A DNA stretch of 64,000 bases from Nibricoccus sp. Its GTDB lineage: Bacteria; Verrucomicrobiota; Verrucomicrobiia; Opitutales; Opitutaceae. Below the pieces are notes generated by a model, which saw only the letters and a list, made by a program, of their open reading frames with translations, had not been told where the DNA came from and did not search any database. This document shows positions 21,335 through 32,402 of this stretch, piece after piece (position 1 is the first letter of the stretch; each line of letters opens with the position of its first letter). The position numbers were made by a program, and so were the translations under genes. Location: positions 44,816-108,815 of the forward strand of contig JASGJB010000075.1 of NCBI GenBank assembly GCA_049840895.1, in the 5' to 3' direction.

Positions 21335-21362
21335 AACGTACCGAGTGGGCCGGGGCGGACAA
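21335..21362 (-). promoter_or_regulatory. Putative sigma70 promoter of prfC
   Basis: Minus strand TTGTCC-N16-TACGTT, 13 nt before the ATG. Confidence 0.5.
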
Positions 21363-21410
21363 GAGGTAACTGGGCGGAGGCTGGGTGGTTGTCCTGCGGT
21401 CTGATCGGTT

Positions 21411-21876
21411 CTATTGCGCCCGCTCCGACCTTTTTTTCAGGAAGTCAGCGTGAACGGGGAGCGTGATTCGATATTTATCATAGTCCACGTGCAGGGGCAC
21501 CAGCGCCTTGGACTTTGCGTGGGCTTCGCAAACGGGCACACGGACCGAGATTTTGTATTCCTTCACGGCGGGTCTGGGGTTGATCTCGATGGCGAACACT
21601 CCCGCGAATGCTCCGAGAAGACGCGCCATTACGCCGGCACGATCGTTTCCACCGACTTCGTTCTTTTCGCCCACCACGATGTAGTTTTCCGAGGGAATTG
21701 AGCACACTACGCAGAAAGACGGGAGTTTTTCGCCATCCACGAAGTCGGCTGGTTTGAGCCCTTGTGTATCGGGATTTGGTTCAGCGACGTTTCCGCGGCA
21801 GGCAGGACATTTGTTGTCGCTGTTTACGAACACCTCTCGAAAGCAGTAGGGGGCAGTTTACTTCGCGCAGGGGCAT
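21411..21876 (-). CDS. Small hypothetical protein with two putative Zn-binding sites (one indel in the G-run at 21849-21853)
   Basis: Removing one base gives MPLREVNCPYCFREVFVNSDNKCPAC...CVVC...CEAH. Confidence 0.65.
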
Positions 21877-21928
21877 GGGTGAGGGAGTACGGGCTGTTAT
21901 CCGAATGAGTTAACGTCACCGCGTGAGG

Positions 21929-22783
21929 TCAGGCCGGTGTGGACGCGGAGACGGCAGTTTTCTCGCGATCGCGGAACGCTAGAAGCACCATAAGCGTGCT
22001 TAAGATTATTCCGTAGACGATGGGGGCGACCCAACCCCAGCGCCATTCGAAGAGGAACCAGTTGGAGGCACCGACGAAATTGCCGAAGATGAAAGCGAAC
22101 ACCGTGACAAAGGCGATGGGTACGGGAAGGAAGGTGATCAGCGCGAATTGCCCTGCGGCCAGCATGATGTCGAGAAGCAGGTAATACATCCACCCCCGGC
22201 CAAGAAACATGCGGGTGAGCGAGTTGCTCTCCAGCATGGTCGACGGGTCCTGCCAGTAGCTAGAGGGCTGCCCGAGCAGCGTATTGGCGAAATCGACGAA
22301 CAAAACGGCGACCATCACCCAGCGCCACGCGTTGACGGCCTCGCGTGGTCGTTGCCGGGCCGGGAGGACCGCGAATGACAGCAACGTTCCGAGGGTGGCT
22401 CCGCATAAGGCAATGGCTGCGCCGGGCGCGACGTGAAAGCACATGACGAGCCACAGGGTCGCATCGTAGCCGTATGCGAAGAGGGTGGAGAAAATTGCCG
22501 CGAGTGCGACGAGGCGGGGCAGACGCGTCGCTGCATAAAAGACTGCAGCCAGAAAAACGAGATGGGCTGCGACGAACGCCAGGGCTCCGTGATCGAGGAG
22601 CAGGCTGAAGCCGGGTGTGTTCGTGGTATGTACGAGTTGTCCGTCGGCCCAGCGCGCGGTCGTCGGATTGCTCCAGAAGCTCTCCGGCTGGCCGATGAGC
22701 GTGAGGAGCATGCCGGAGACGATGGTGACGACCATGACCCAGCGGAGTTTGATCACCAGAGGTGATTGTGTGTGTTCATACAT
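21929..22783 (-). CDS. Internally duplicated polytopic membrane protein
   Basis: Two halves begin LRWVMVVT..LTLIGQPESFWSNP and WRWVMVAV..NTLLGQPSSYWQDP; about 8 TM helices. Confidence 0.8.
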   Translation of the reverse strand: MYEHTQSPLVIKLRWVMVVTIVSGMLLTLIGQPESFWSNPTTARWADGQLVHTTNTPGFSLLLDHGALAFVAAHLVFLAAVFYAATRLPRLVALAAIFSTLFAYGYDATLWLVMCFHVAPGAAIALCGATLGTLLSFAVLPARQRPREAVNAWRWVMVAVLFVDFANTLLGQPSSYWQDPSTMLESNSLTRMFLGRGWMYYLLLDIMLAAGQFALITFLPVPIAFVTVFAFIFGNFVGASNWFLFEWRWGWVAPIVYGIILSTLMVLLAFRDREKTAVSASTPA

Positions 22784-22848
22784 CGGCGCGCTGGATGCAT
22801 GACCGGGCCGGCCCGCATTCACGAGGTGAAACGGGGATGATCGGGATG

Positions 22849-23340
22849 TCAGGCCGCGAGGATGGTTTTGCCGAGTTCGGCGTCGGCGAGGCGCTGGATG
22901 TACTTGGTGAACTCTTCGTCCTCGCCTTCGAGCAGCGTCGGCAGGGCGGCGCGGAAGTCGGCGCGGCGGAGCCATTCGCGCATGTAGTCCTCCCAGCTTT
23001 GCCACATGCGGCGTGTTTGTTTGTCCATCCTGTCCTCGTAAACGAGCAGGTGGGCGCGTTCGAAGAGGGAGATGAGGATGCCGAAGATGGCGAGGCGGCG
23101 TTCCTTTTGCTCCTCGGTGAACTCGATGCGCGTGCTCTCGCGGCGGAGCAGGTGGAGGTCGGAGTTGTCGAGCACGAGCTTCAGGAACTCGCGGTACTCG
23201 TCGGAGAGGCGCTGGAATATCTCCTCCTGATCATTCGAGCGTTCTTTTCGCTGTTCGAGCAGATAGACAACGATCGCGAAGGGCAGACCCACGACGGTGA
23301 CGACGTAGCTGAGAAATTCGAAGGTCTGGAAGGTGTCCAT
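22849..23340 (-). CDS. Hypothetical protein with N-terminal TM helix (DUF4760-like)
   Basis: MDTFQTFEFLSYVVTVVGLPFAI...ILISLFERAHLL...WQSWEDYMREW; host-like codon usage. Confidence 0.7.
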   Translation of the reverse strand: MDTFQTFEFLSYVVTVVGLPFAIVVYLLEQRKERSNDQEEIFQRLSDEYREFLKLVLDNSDLHLLRRESTRIEFTEEQKERRLAIFGILISLFERAHLLVYEDRMDKQTRRMWQSWEDYMREWLRRADFRAALPTLLEGEDEEFTKYIQRLADAELGKTILAA

Positions 23341-23361
23341 GGGATTAACCGGTTTCCGAAT

Positions 23362-23389
23362 ACGGTACGAAGAAGGCACTTGCAGGCAA
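23362..23389 (-). promoter_or_regulatory. Putative sigma70 promoter of the 22849-23340 gene
   Basis: Minus strand TTGCCT-N16-TACCGT. Confidence 0.45.
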
Positions 23390-23412
23390 TGGTGGCGAGG
23401 CAAGTCCGGCGC

Positions 23413-23440
23413 TTGCGCATGGCGGGGAGGTCTTTACAAC
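23413..23440 (+). promoter_or_regulatory. Putative (leaderless) promoter of rnhB
   Basis: TTGCGC-N16-TACAAC, 7 nt before ATG 23448. Confidence 0.4.
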
Positions 23441-23447
23441 CGACCGA

Positions 23448-24230
23448 ATGAAGCGCCGCCAGCTGCGCGGCTACGACCTCAAACAGATCGAAGGCTTTTC
23501 CAATCTCATCGGTGTCGATGAGGCGGGGCGGGGCGCGCTTGCGGGGCCGGTCGTGGCCGGGGCGGTGCTGATTTCGAAGGAGTTTCTGGAAAGCCGCTGG
23601 GCGGTGACGCGGGCGAACAAAGTCAACGACTCGAAGCTGCTCACGCCGGCGGAGCGCGATGAACTCTGGTTCGAGTTCGAGACGCTGTCGGCGCAACGGA
23701 TGATCCATGCGAACTTCGGCATCGCCAGCGTGGAGGAGATTGAGCAGCTCAACATCCTCGGCGCGACGAAGCTGGCGATGCGGCGGGCGCTGGAGGGGAT
23801 TTATCCGCCGTCGGCGTTTGAGCAGCACAAGGAGCCGGATTTGTTCGCATCGCCGGAGGAGGTTGCGAGTTTTCAGCCGCAAGTATCGGCGCGCATCCTG
23901 GTGGATGGGCTGCCGCTCAAGAGTTTCCCGTATCCGCACACCGGGGTGGTCAAAGGCGACGCGCGGTCGTTGTGCATCGCGATGGCGTCGATCATCGCGA
24001 AGGTGACGCGCGACCGGCTCATGACGGACTTGGAAGCGACTTTCCCCGGCTATGGCTTTGCGCAGCACAAAGGCTACGGCACGGAGGAGCATCGCGAGGC
24101 GCTGCTGCGGATCGGACGGTGTCTGCAGCATCGCGAAATGTTTTTGAGGAAGCTCCTGGCGCAGCGGAGTGATCCGGCGCAGGTGGATTTTCTGTCGGAT
24201 GAAGCCGGTGGAGAAGACGGTAGTTTGTAG
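23448..24230 (+). CDS. rnhB: Ribonuclease HII
   Basis: IGVDEAGRGALAGPVV, NDSKLL, ILVDG, KGDARSLCIAMASIIAKVTRD, HKGYGT. Confidence 0.96.
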   Translation: MKRRQLRGYDLKQIEGFSNLIGVDEAGRGALAGPVVAGAVLISKEFLESRWAVTRANKVNDSKLLTPAERDELWFEFETLSAQRMIHANFGIASVEEIEQLNILGATKLAMRRALEGIYPPSAFEQHKEPDLFASPEEVASFQPQVSARILVDGLPLKSFPYPHTGVVKGDARSLCIAMASIIAKVTRDRLMTDLEATFPGYGFAQHKGYGTEEHREALLRIGRCLQHREMFLRKLLAQRSDPAQVDFLSDEAGGEDGSL

Positions 24231-24254
24231 TGGGTAATTGGTCGTTGGTCAGGA
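24220..24254. repeat. Degenerate heptamer repeat overlapping the rnhB stop codon
   Basis: GTAGTTT-GTAGTGG-GTAATTG-GTCGTTG-GTCAGGA. Confidence 0.5.
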
Positions 24255-24304
24255 AGCCGCGGGGGCGTTGACGGTGGGGCGGGGGTTGTTCAAAACCGCG
24301 TCCG

Positions 24305-25483
24305 ATGGCCGGCAAAAAACATTCCTCACTGGATCGCGTGCTCGGACGGCTCGATACGCTCGACTCGGTCAATCTGGCCAATCTCGTGCAGCGGCTCGCG
24401 CGTGAGCGCACGTTGTTTGAGGATATTTTCAACACGCTGCAGGAGGGCGTGCTCGTCATCGAGGCGGATGGGACGATCGAATACGCCAACCAGGCGGCGC
24501 ACCAGTTGATCGGGTTGCGCGAGGACGAACTGACGGGGGCGACGTTGTGGCGGCTTGTGCCGGGGCTGCGGCCTTCACTGGAGTCAGCGTTGGGAGATAC
24601 GGCGAAGGCATCGCCGGTGGTCGCGCGCGAGATCGAACTGACTTACCCGGAGCCGCGCGTGGTGCGGCTTTATCTGGTGCCGTTTCAAGGCGAAGGACGC
24701 GGCGTGGAGCGGCGTTATGCGGTGATCATTTCGGACATCACAAGTGACAAGAAAACGACCGAGGCGCGGATCGAGAATGAGCGAACGTCGTCCATTTTGT
24801 TGCTCGCGGCGGGTGTGGCGCACGAACTGGGGAATCCGCTGAATTCGCTGACGATCCATCTGCAGTTGATTGAGCGACGTCTGAAAAAATTGAAGGCGAC
24901 GACGGACAAGGACTCGGCGGCGCTGGCGGATTCGATTCACGTGTGCCAGGAGGAGGTTCGGCGGCTGGATGGAATCATCAGCAATTTCCTCGAGGCGATC
25001 CGGCCGCGTCCGCCGGATCTGGCGGAGACGCATTTGAACGAAGTGATCGCGGAGGTGCTGCACTTCCAGCACAACGAGCTCGAAGATCGCGGCATCACCG
25101 TGGAAGCGGAGCTGCCGGAGTCGTTGCCTGTGATTATGGCAGACCGGAATCAGCTGAAGCAGGTTTTCTTCAACCTCATCAAAAACGCCATGGAGGCGAT
25201 GCAGCCGGGCGGGGCGCTCAACATCAAGATGCGCGCGGATGATGAGCATGTTTTCCTGTCGTTTGCCGACACGGGCAGCGGGATCAAGCAGGAGGATCTG
25301 GTGAAATTGTTTCAGCCATACCACACGACGAAGGTCGGCGGGAGCGGACTGGGTTTGATGATCGTGCAGCGAATCCTGCGCGCACATGGCGGGCAGATAG
25401 GCATCGAGAGCAAAGAAGGCGTCGGGACGGTGGTGACCTTGCAGTTTCCGCGAAGGGATCGGCGCGTCAGAATGCTGCGCTGA
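24305..25483 (+). CDS. PAS-domain sensor histidine kinase (NtrB-like)
   Basis: PAS (LQEGVLVIEADG..YANQAA), AGVAHELGNPL, QVFFNLIKNAMEAM, DTGSGI, GSGLGL. Confidence 0.92.
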   Translation: MAGKKHSSLDRVLGRLDTLDSVNLANLVQRLARERTLFEDIFNTLQEGVLVIEADGTIEYANQAAHQLIGLREDELTGATLWRLVPGLRPSLESALGDTAKASPVVAREIELTYPEPRVVRLYLVPFQGEGRGVERRYAVIISDITSDKKTTEARIENERTSSILLLAAGVAHELGNPLNSLTIHLQLIERRLKKLKATTDKDSAALADSIHVCQEEVRRLDGIISNFLEAIRPRPPDLAETHLNEVIAEVLHFQHNELEDRGITVEAELPESLPVIMADRNQLKQVFFNLIKNAMEAMQPGGALNIKMRADDEHVFLSFADTGSGIKQEDLVKLFQPYHTTKVGGSGLGLMIVQRILRAHGGQIGIESKEGVGTVVTLQFPRRDRRVRMLR

Positions 25484-25545
25484 GGGCGGGGCGCGCCAGT
25501 TTGTCGCGCTTGACCGTTTCCTCTGCGCTCGTGTGAATGAGGCGC

Positions 25546-27001
<1,456 letters not shown>

Positions 27002-27019
27002 GCGCGCGCAAACTGCTCG

Positions 27020-28819
27020 ATGAAGTCACGTCGCTCGCTCCAAGAATGGGTCCACTGGCTGGAAGTGGGTGCGGGCGGACGCTGGGTGGCGCGGGTGGCG
27101 CTGATTCTGGGTGTGATCCTTTTGTCACTGAGGATCGGTTACACGCAGTTTCACGGACCGCTCACGGAAACGACACTCGCGCAGGCGGTGGTGGCGCGGC
27201 AGCTCGTGGATGGAAAAGGATTCACGACGCTCATCAATTATCCGCAGACGGTCGCGTGGATGAAGGATCGCGCAGATCGTGGGGAGGCGAAAAAGCCCTA
27301 CCAATTCGATGCGGAGAACCCGTTGCCCGAACTGCATCAGGCGCCGCTCTATCCGGTGGTGATCGCGGGCGCGCTGAAGGTTTTCCCCGGGAAAACGCGG
27401 GCGGCGTTGTTCGATACGGTGCCCAAGCCGCCGGATGGATTTGGCGCGGACTATGTCCTGCTGGTCCTGAACATCGTGTTGCTGTGGGTGGCGGCGTGGC
27501 TGACTCACGGGCTGGCGCGGAGGCTTTTTGATGAACACGTGGCGGGCGTGGCGACGCTGGGCTTGCTGCTCTCAGCCCCGGTCTGGAGCGCGACAATCGC
27601 GCTCGGCGGGATGCCGCTGTTGATGGTGCTCACGCTCGCATTTTTTCACGCGTTGGTACGCATCGACGAAGGCGCGGAGGCGGGAAAAACGTCCTGGCGG
27701 GCGCTCGCTGCGGCGGGGGTGGTCAGCGGATTGATGTTTCTGGCGGATTATGCGGCGGGCGTCGCGCTGCTTGCGGCGCTGGGCTGGAACTGGCTGCGGT
27801 TTCGCGGACGTGAACGACTGAACGCGCTCGCGATCACCGCCGGGGTTTTCCTGCTCGTGGCCGGGCCGTGGATGATTCGCAACGTGGTGGTGTCGGGAAA
27901 TCCGGTGGGGCTGGCCTGGCACGGAATCGTTCTCAAGGCGGGTGATCCGACGGCGGAGCCGGAAACAGTGCGGACGACGCTTTCGGCGGCGGTGCCGGCC
28001 GTTGATCTGGACAAGCTGGGAAACAAGGTGCTGACCTCGCTCAAAAAGAGTTTTCGCGACCAGTTGTGGGCAGGTGGAGGACTTTTCTTCTCAGCGTTTT
28101 TCGTGACGGGGCTGGTGTATCGGTTTCGCGACGACCGCTTGAATCGTGTGCGCTGGCTGTTTGTCGCGACGCTTGGATTGCTGGTCATGGCGCAGGCCTT
28201 TTTTGATTCGGGGGAGGGCGAACGCCTGCCGGTGGTTTATGCGACGCCGCTTATCGTAATTTTTGGCGCGGGTTTTTTCGCGGTGCTCGTGGCGAGCAGC
28301 GATGCGTTACGCGCACACGCGCGCTGGGCGGCGGTGATAATGCTGGCCGTGCAGGCGCTGCCGCTGGCGCATGATGTCGTCGAACCTCGGCGGCACTGGC
28401 ATTTTAGCTACCCGCCTTACTATCCGCCACTCTTCGTTACCATACGTGCGGAGATCGTGGCGCGGGGCGGAGCACATCCGTCCTGGGTGGCGGATGTGCC
28501 GGCGGGCGCAGCGTGGTACAGCGGGCAGCGCGTCTGGGCGCGACCGGCGACACTGCGGGATTTTTATGGAGTCTGCCAGGAGCAGACGCAGGTGGCGCTT
28601 GTGCTTACCCCTCATACGCTGGACCGGCCGTTTTTCAGCGAACTGACAAAGCGCAATGAAGCCGACGGGCGGCTGGGCGACTGGTCGGAGGTGTATGCGG
28701 CGTTGCTGACGAATCGGTTTCCGGCGGGATTTCCGCTGAGTCTGCCTCAGAAAGTTGCGGATAACTTCTATGTGTTGATCGATCCGCTCGCCACGAATAC
28801 ACCGGCGCGGCGGCAGTAA
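27020..28819 (+). CDS. Polytopic GT-C-fold glycosyltransferase (ArnT/GT39-like)
   Basis: ARQLVDGKGFTT, PELHQAPLYP, LARRLFD, PWMIRNVVVSGNP; about 12 TM helices. Confidence 0.7.
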   Translation: MKSRRSLQEWVHWLEVGAGGRWVARVALILGVILLSLRIGYTQFHGPLTETTLAQAVVARQLVDGKGFTTLINYPQTVAWMKDRADRGEAKKPYQFDAENPLPELHQAPLYPVVIAGALKVFPGKTRAALFDTVPKPPDGFGADYVLLVLNIVLLWVAAWLTHGLARRLFDEHVAGVATLGLLLSAPVWSATIALGGMPLLMVLTLAFFHALVRIDEGAEAGKTSWRALAAAGVVSGLMFLADYAAGVALLAALGWNWLRFRGRERLNALAITAGVFLLVAGPWMIRNVVVSGNPVGLAWHGIVLKAGDPTAEPETVRTTLSAAVPAVDLDKLGNKVLTSLKKSFRDQLWAGGGLFFSAFFVTGLVYRFRDDRLNRVRWLFVATLGLLVMAQAFFDSGEGERLPVVYATPLIVIFGAGFFAVLVASSDALRAHARWAAVIMLAVQALPLAHDVVEPRRHWHFSYPPYYPPLFVTIRAEIVARGGAHPSWVADVPAGAAWYSGQRVWARPATLRDFYGVCQEQTQVALVLTPHTLDRPFFSELTKRNEADGRLGDWSEVYAALLTNRFPAGFPLSLPQKVADNFYVLIDPLATNTPARRQ

Positions 28820-28874
28820 TGCGTTGCGCGGCTTCGCCCGGACTCCGTAGCGTGCGCGTCAGTTTCGCCCAGAC

Positions 28875-30068
28875 ATGATCCGCCTTTCTCACCCGACATC
28901 CGCTGCGATTTTGATGAGCCTGGCGGCGGCGCGTGCCCTGGCCGTTTACGCACCGATACCCGAGCAGGAGCAGGGCAAGTTGCTCACGATCTATGCGTCG
29001 GGAGGCGCGTACTACGATACGAACATCTTCGGTGCGCCGACGGATGAACTGGCCAGCATGGTCTATCAGGTGTCGCCACGCTTTGTGTTCAATATGTCGG
29101 CGTCGGACCAGACGCTGGTGTCGGCCTCGTATCAGTTGTCCCTCGACTACTTCGCCGACCGGCCGGGCGAGCAGCTGCTGGACAGCCATAGCGCGAGCGC
29201 GAGCATCAAGCACACCTTCAGCCCGCGGCTTGAGGCGGAGATAAGCGACTCGTTTCAGCTCTCCAAAAATCCCGAATCGCTGCTGCCGGGATTATCCACG
29301 GTGTTGAACACGGACCAGTCGTACGCGTTGAACCAGCTCGACGGGCGGCTCGCGGCGAATCTGACGAAGCGCACCGGTCTGACCTTCAAGGCCCGCACGG
29401 CGACGTTTGCCTATGACAACGATTCGCTGGCGGAGGAGCTGGACCGTAGCGAGTACCTCGGCGGACTGGCCCTGACGCATACGTTGCTGCCCGAGATCCA
29501 GGCGGTGGCCGAGTACCGGCACCAGACGATCCGATATGCGTCGGGTGGCGAATCGAAGGACAAGGACTCGGACTTTGCGCTGATTGGCGCGGACTACGTG
29601 GTGAATCCCCGCATGGCGTTGAGCGGCCGGGTTGGCTCCGAATACCGGCGGCGAAAAGGCGCGGACGACGAGATACTGCCGTACACCGAACTGGCGTTGA
29701 AGCTCGATTACGGCAAAGGATCGTATCTGTCGGCGGGCTACGGTTTCTCGGTCGAAGAAGTTTCCAACCTGGACGTTTACACGGACATGTCCGTCCACCG
29801 GTTTTTCGCGAATGTGCAGCAGGTGATCAGTCCCCGCATGGTGGCGACTGCTTCGCTCGGTTGGGAGCCGGGGACGCTCAACGGGCGCGCGGGAGTCAGT
29901 CCTGATCGTGACGAAACGAACACGAAGGTGGGGCTCGCGTTGATCTACCGGCTGAACGCCCGCTGGACGGCCTCGGCGACGCTGGACTACGACAATGTGA
30001 ATTCGGAGGATCCTGGGCGCATGTTGCAACGCACGCGCGGCGGCCTGTCGGTGCGTTGTGTGTTTTAA
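28875..30068 (+). CDS. Outer-membrane beta-barrel protein, polysaccharide-export associated
   Basis: Signal peptide, YYDTNIF N-terminal motif, alternating beta pattern, terminal Phe; adjacent to wzc. Confidence 0.75.
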   Translation: MIRLSHPTSAAILMSLAAARALAVYAPIPEQEQGKLLTIYASGGAYYDTNIFGAPTDELASMVYQVSPRFVFNMSASDQTLVSASYQLSLDYFADRPGEQLLDSHSASASIKHTFSPRLEAEISDSFQLSKNPESLLPGLSTVLNTDQSYALNQLDGRLAANLTKRTGLTFKARTATFAYDNDSLAEELDRSEYLGGLALTHTLLPEIQAVAEYRHQTIRYASGGESKDKDSDFALIGADYVVNPRMALSGRVGSEYRRRKGADDEILPYTELALKLDYGKGSYLSAGYGFSVEEVSNLDVYTDMSVHRFFANVQQVISPRMVATASLGWEPGTLNGRAGVSPDRDETNTKVGLALIYRLNARWTASATLDYDNVNSEDPGRMLQRTRGGLSVRCVF

Positions 30069-30169
30069 TTCAGCGAGGCTAAACGCAGACGAGATGCTTT
30101 CTGCAGTGCGGCAGGTTAGAAAACGAGCTTGCTGACCCGATACGAGGGAAATTCCCTAGCGCCTGCTCA

Positions 30170-32383
30170 ATGGCCAACACCCACGTCAGCAAAGAGGGCG
30201 CCTCGCTCGCCGACTTCTTCCACCTGCTCCGTCTGCGCAAGGCGTTGATCTTTTTAATCCTCAGCCTGGTCGTGATCACGACGGTGGTGGTGACGGCGTT
30301 TTTGCCGAAGTGGTATTTGTCGACGTTGAACGTCCGCGTCGAGAAGCCCGAGGGAGAGGTGAAACTTTTCCAGGCACAGTCGAGCGGTTACTATGATCCG
30401 TATTTCTTGCAGGATCAGTTCAAGATCATGCAGTCGGCCAAGGTGCTCTACCCGGTTATCGAAAAACTGGGGCTCAACGAGAAAATCGGGCGTACGCTCA
30501 ATGCCTACGCGCCTCTCGCGACGGACGAGACCTATAATTATCTGCTGAAAAAAATGCTCCGCGTGGAGTCTCCCCGCGGTTCCTCGCTCATCGAGGTCGG
30601 CGTGTATGCACAGGATCCGGCGCTGGCGGCCGCGATCGCGAACGAGATCGCGCGGGTTTACTCGGACGACCGGATCATGTTCGCCACGTCGGAACAGCGC
30701 GAGGGCCTCGCCCAGTTGCGCAAGGAACTGGAGTCGCAGGAGCGCACGGTTTCGCTGCAACGCGACATGGTCGAGCAGCTCCGCAAGGACCTGGGGATTT
30801 CCGGTGTCGACCTGAACGCCCGCTACAGCGACATGGAGATCGAGACGCTCCGGCAGATGCAAAATTCGCTGATCGCGCTCAGTGTCGACGCCATCGGCCG
30901 GAAGACGCGCTACGAACGATTCAAAAGCATTCCTCCTGAGGAGCGGATCAACCTGATCAACTCCGAGCTGATCCCGGATCCGAATATTCAGAACCTGCTC
31001 CAGGCTTACCTTCTCGCTGATCAAAACGTGACCAAGTTTCGCGCGCGCCTTGGCGAAGCGCACCCCGAGCTGATCTCGGCGACGGAGAATCGCGCGAAGA
31101 TCAAGGAGCAGCTTGGGGCGCAGTTACGCGGTTACGAAAACGCGCTCGAAATCGCCTGCAAGGAAGCCGATGCGCGTGTGGCCGAATTGAAGAACCAGCT
31201 CGCGCAGGCGAAGGTCGACCAGATCCTCTCGGCGCGCGACCGGATGCGTCCCTTCGAGGAAGCGGCGCGAAAGCTGGAGGATGAGACCCGGCTTCTGTCC
31301 ACGCTCAAAGTCACGCTGCGCCAGCGGGAAATTGATTTTCAGGTGCCCAAGCGAAGTATCGAAATCCTGAATTACGCCGAACCCGCCCGCCGCGCGGCGA
31401 AGCCGAGCTGGGCGCTGAACATCGCGTTTGCCGTCCTGTTTGGCGGAGTGCTTGGCATCGGCACGGCGGTATTAATCGAGTTTTTCGATACGAGCTTCCG
31501 CAACGTCGCCGAGCTGGAAAGCCGTCTGGGCAGGCCGGTGCTTGGCGTCCTGCCGCAGTCCGGTGAGCCGGTGCTTCCGGCCAAGTCCGGGATCGTGGAG
31601 GATCCGGCGGATCTGGAGCCGTTTCGAGTCCTTCACACTAATCTTAATCTGGCGCTCAAAGGCGCCGCGCCTGGCCGCAGCCTGGTGATGCTTTCGGCGG
31701 GACCGGGTGAAGGAAAATCAACGACGCTGCTGCGTCTGGCGCGGGCCATGGGCGCGGCGGGTGAGCGCGTTCTCCTGATCGATTCGGATCTGCGACGCCC
31801 CACGCAACACCAGCTCGGAGTGCTGCCCAAGGAACCGGGACTTGCCGATCTCCTGCAAGGAAAGGCGACGCTGGATAAAGTCACTCAGCGCGGAGTGTCT
31901 CCGGGACTGGACTTCATTCCCTGTGGCGCAGTCGGCGGATTTACGCTGAGCCTGCTCTATATCGACCAGCTCAAGACGCTGCTGGCTGATCTGCGCGGAC
32001 GCTATGACCGCGTGATTTTCGATGCGCCTCCGATCATCGGTGTGAGTGACGCCTCGGTGCTCGCGAGCGTGGCGGATGACGTTCTCCTGCTCGTCCAGCA
32101 CCGCCGCAATCCGCATAGCATGGTGATACGCGCACAGCAGATCATCGAAGGCCTGCACAAGCAGGTTGTCGGTGTGGTGTTGAACCGCGTGCCTGCGAAC
32201 TCGAGCGACGACTATGGCTACTATACGCGCAACTATGCGTATTATAGCGCGCGTGAAAACCGCTCGTCGGAGCGTCGCGACAAACGGTCGCGCTCGGAAG
32301 ACGATGCAAAGCAGGCCTCGCGAAGCGGTGAACGGATCGCCTTTACCGAGCGTGAGAAGGACGAGCGCCGGCGCGGCTCGTGA
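30170..32383 (+). CDS. wzc: Polysaccharide co-polymerase / tyrosine autokinase (Wzc family)
   Basis: Two TM helices around a coiled-coil, Walker A GPGEGKST, IDSDLRRP, IFDAPP, C-terminal Tyr cluster DDYGYYTRNYAYY. Confidence 0.88.
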   Translation: MANTHVSKEGASLADFFHLLRLRKALIFLILSLVVITTVVVTAFLPKWYLSTLNVRVEKPEGEVKLFQAQSSGYYDPYFLQDQFKIMQSAKVLYPVIEKLGLNEKIGRTLNAYAPLATDETYNYLLKKMLRVESPRGSSLIEVGVYAQDPALAAAIANEIARVYSDDRIMFATSEQREGLAQLRKELESQERTVSLQRDMVEQLRKDLGISGVDLNARYSDMEIETLRQMQNSLIALSVDAIGRKTRYERFKSIPPEERINLINSELIPDPNIQNLLQAYLLADQNVTKFRARLGEAHPELISATENRAKIKEQLGAQLRGYENALEIACKEADARVAELKNQLAQAKVDQILSARDRMRPFEEAARKLEDETRLLSTLKVTLRQREIDFQVPKRSIEILNYAEPARRAAKPSWALNIAFAVLFGGVLGIGTAVLIEFFDTSFRNVAELESRLGRPVLGVLPQSGEPVLPAKSGIVEDPADLEPFRVLHTNLNLALKGAAPGRSLVMLSAGPGEGKSTTLLRLARAMGAAGERVLLIDSDLRRPTQHQLGVLPKEPGLADLLQGKATLDKVTQRGVSPGLDFIPCGAVGGFTLSLLYIDQLKTLLADLRGRYDRVIFDAPPIIGVSDASVLASVADDVLLLVQHRRNPHSMVIRAQQIIEGLHKQVVGVVLNRVPANSSDDYGYYTRNYAYYSARENRSSERRDKRSRSEDDAKQASRSGERIAFTEREKDERRRGS

Positions 32384-32402
32384 GTGACGGGCCATTTGTG
32401 AC

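Noticed and set aside
21417-21426. CGCCCGCTCC matches the tRNA-Gly 3' end (possible att site)
   Set aside because: Only 10 nt, GC-rich, inside a CDS and upstream of the tRNA; expected by chance.
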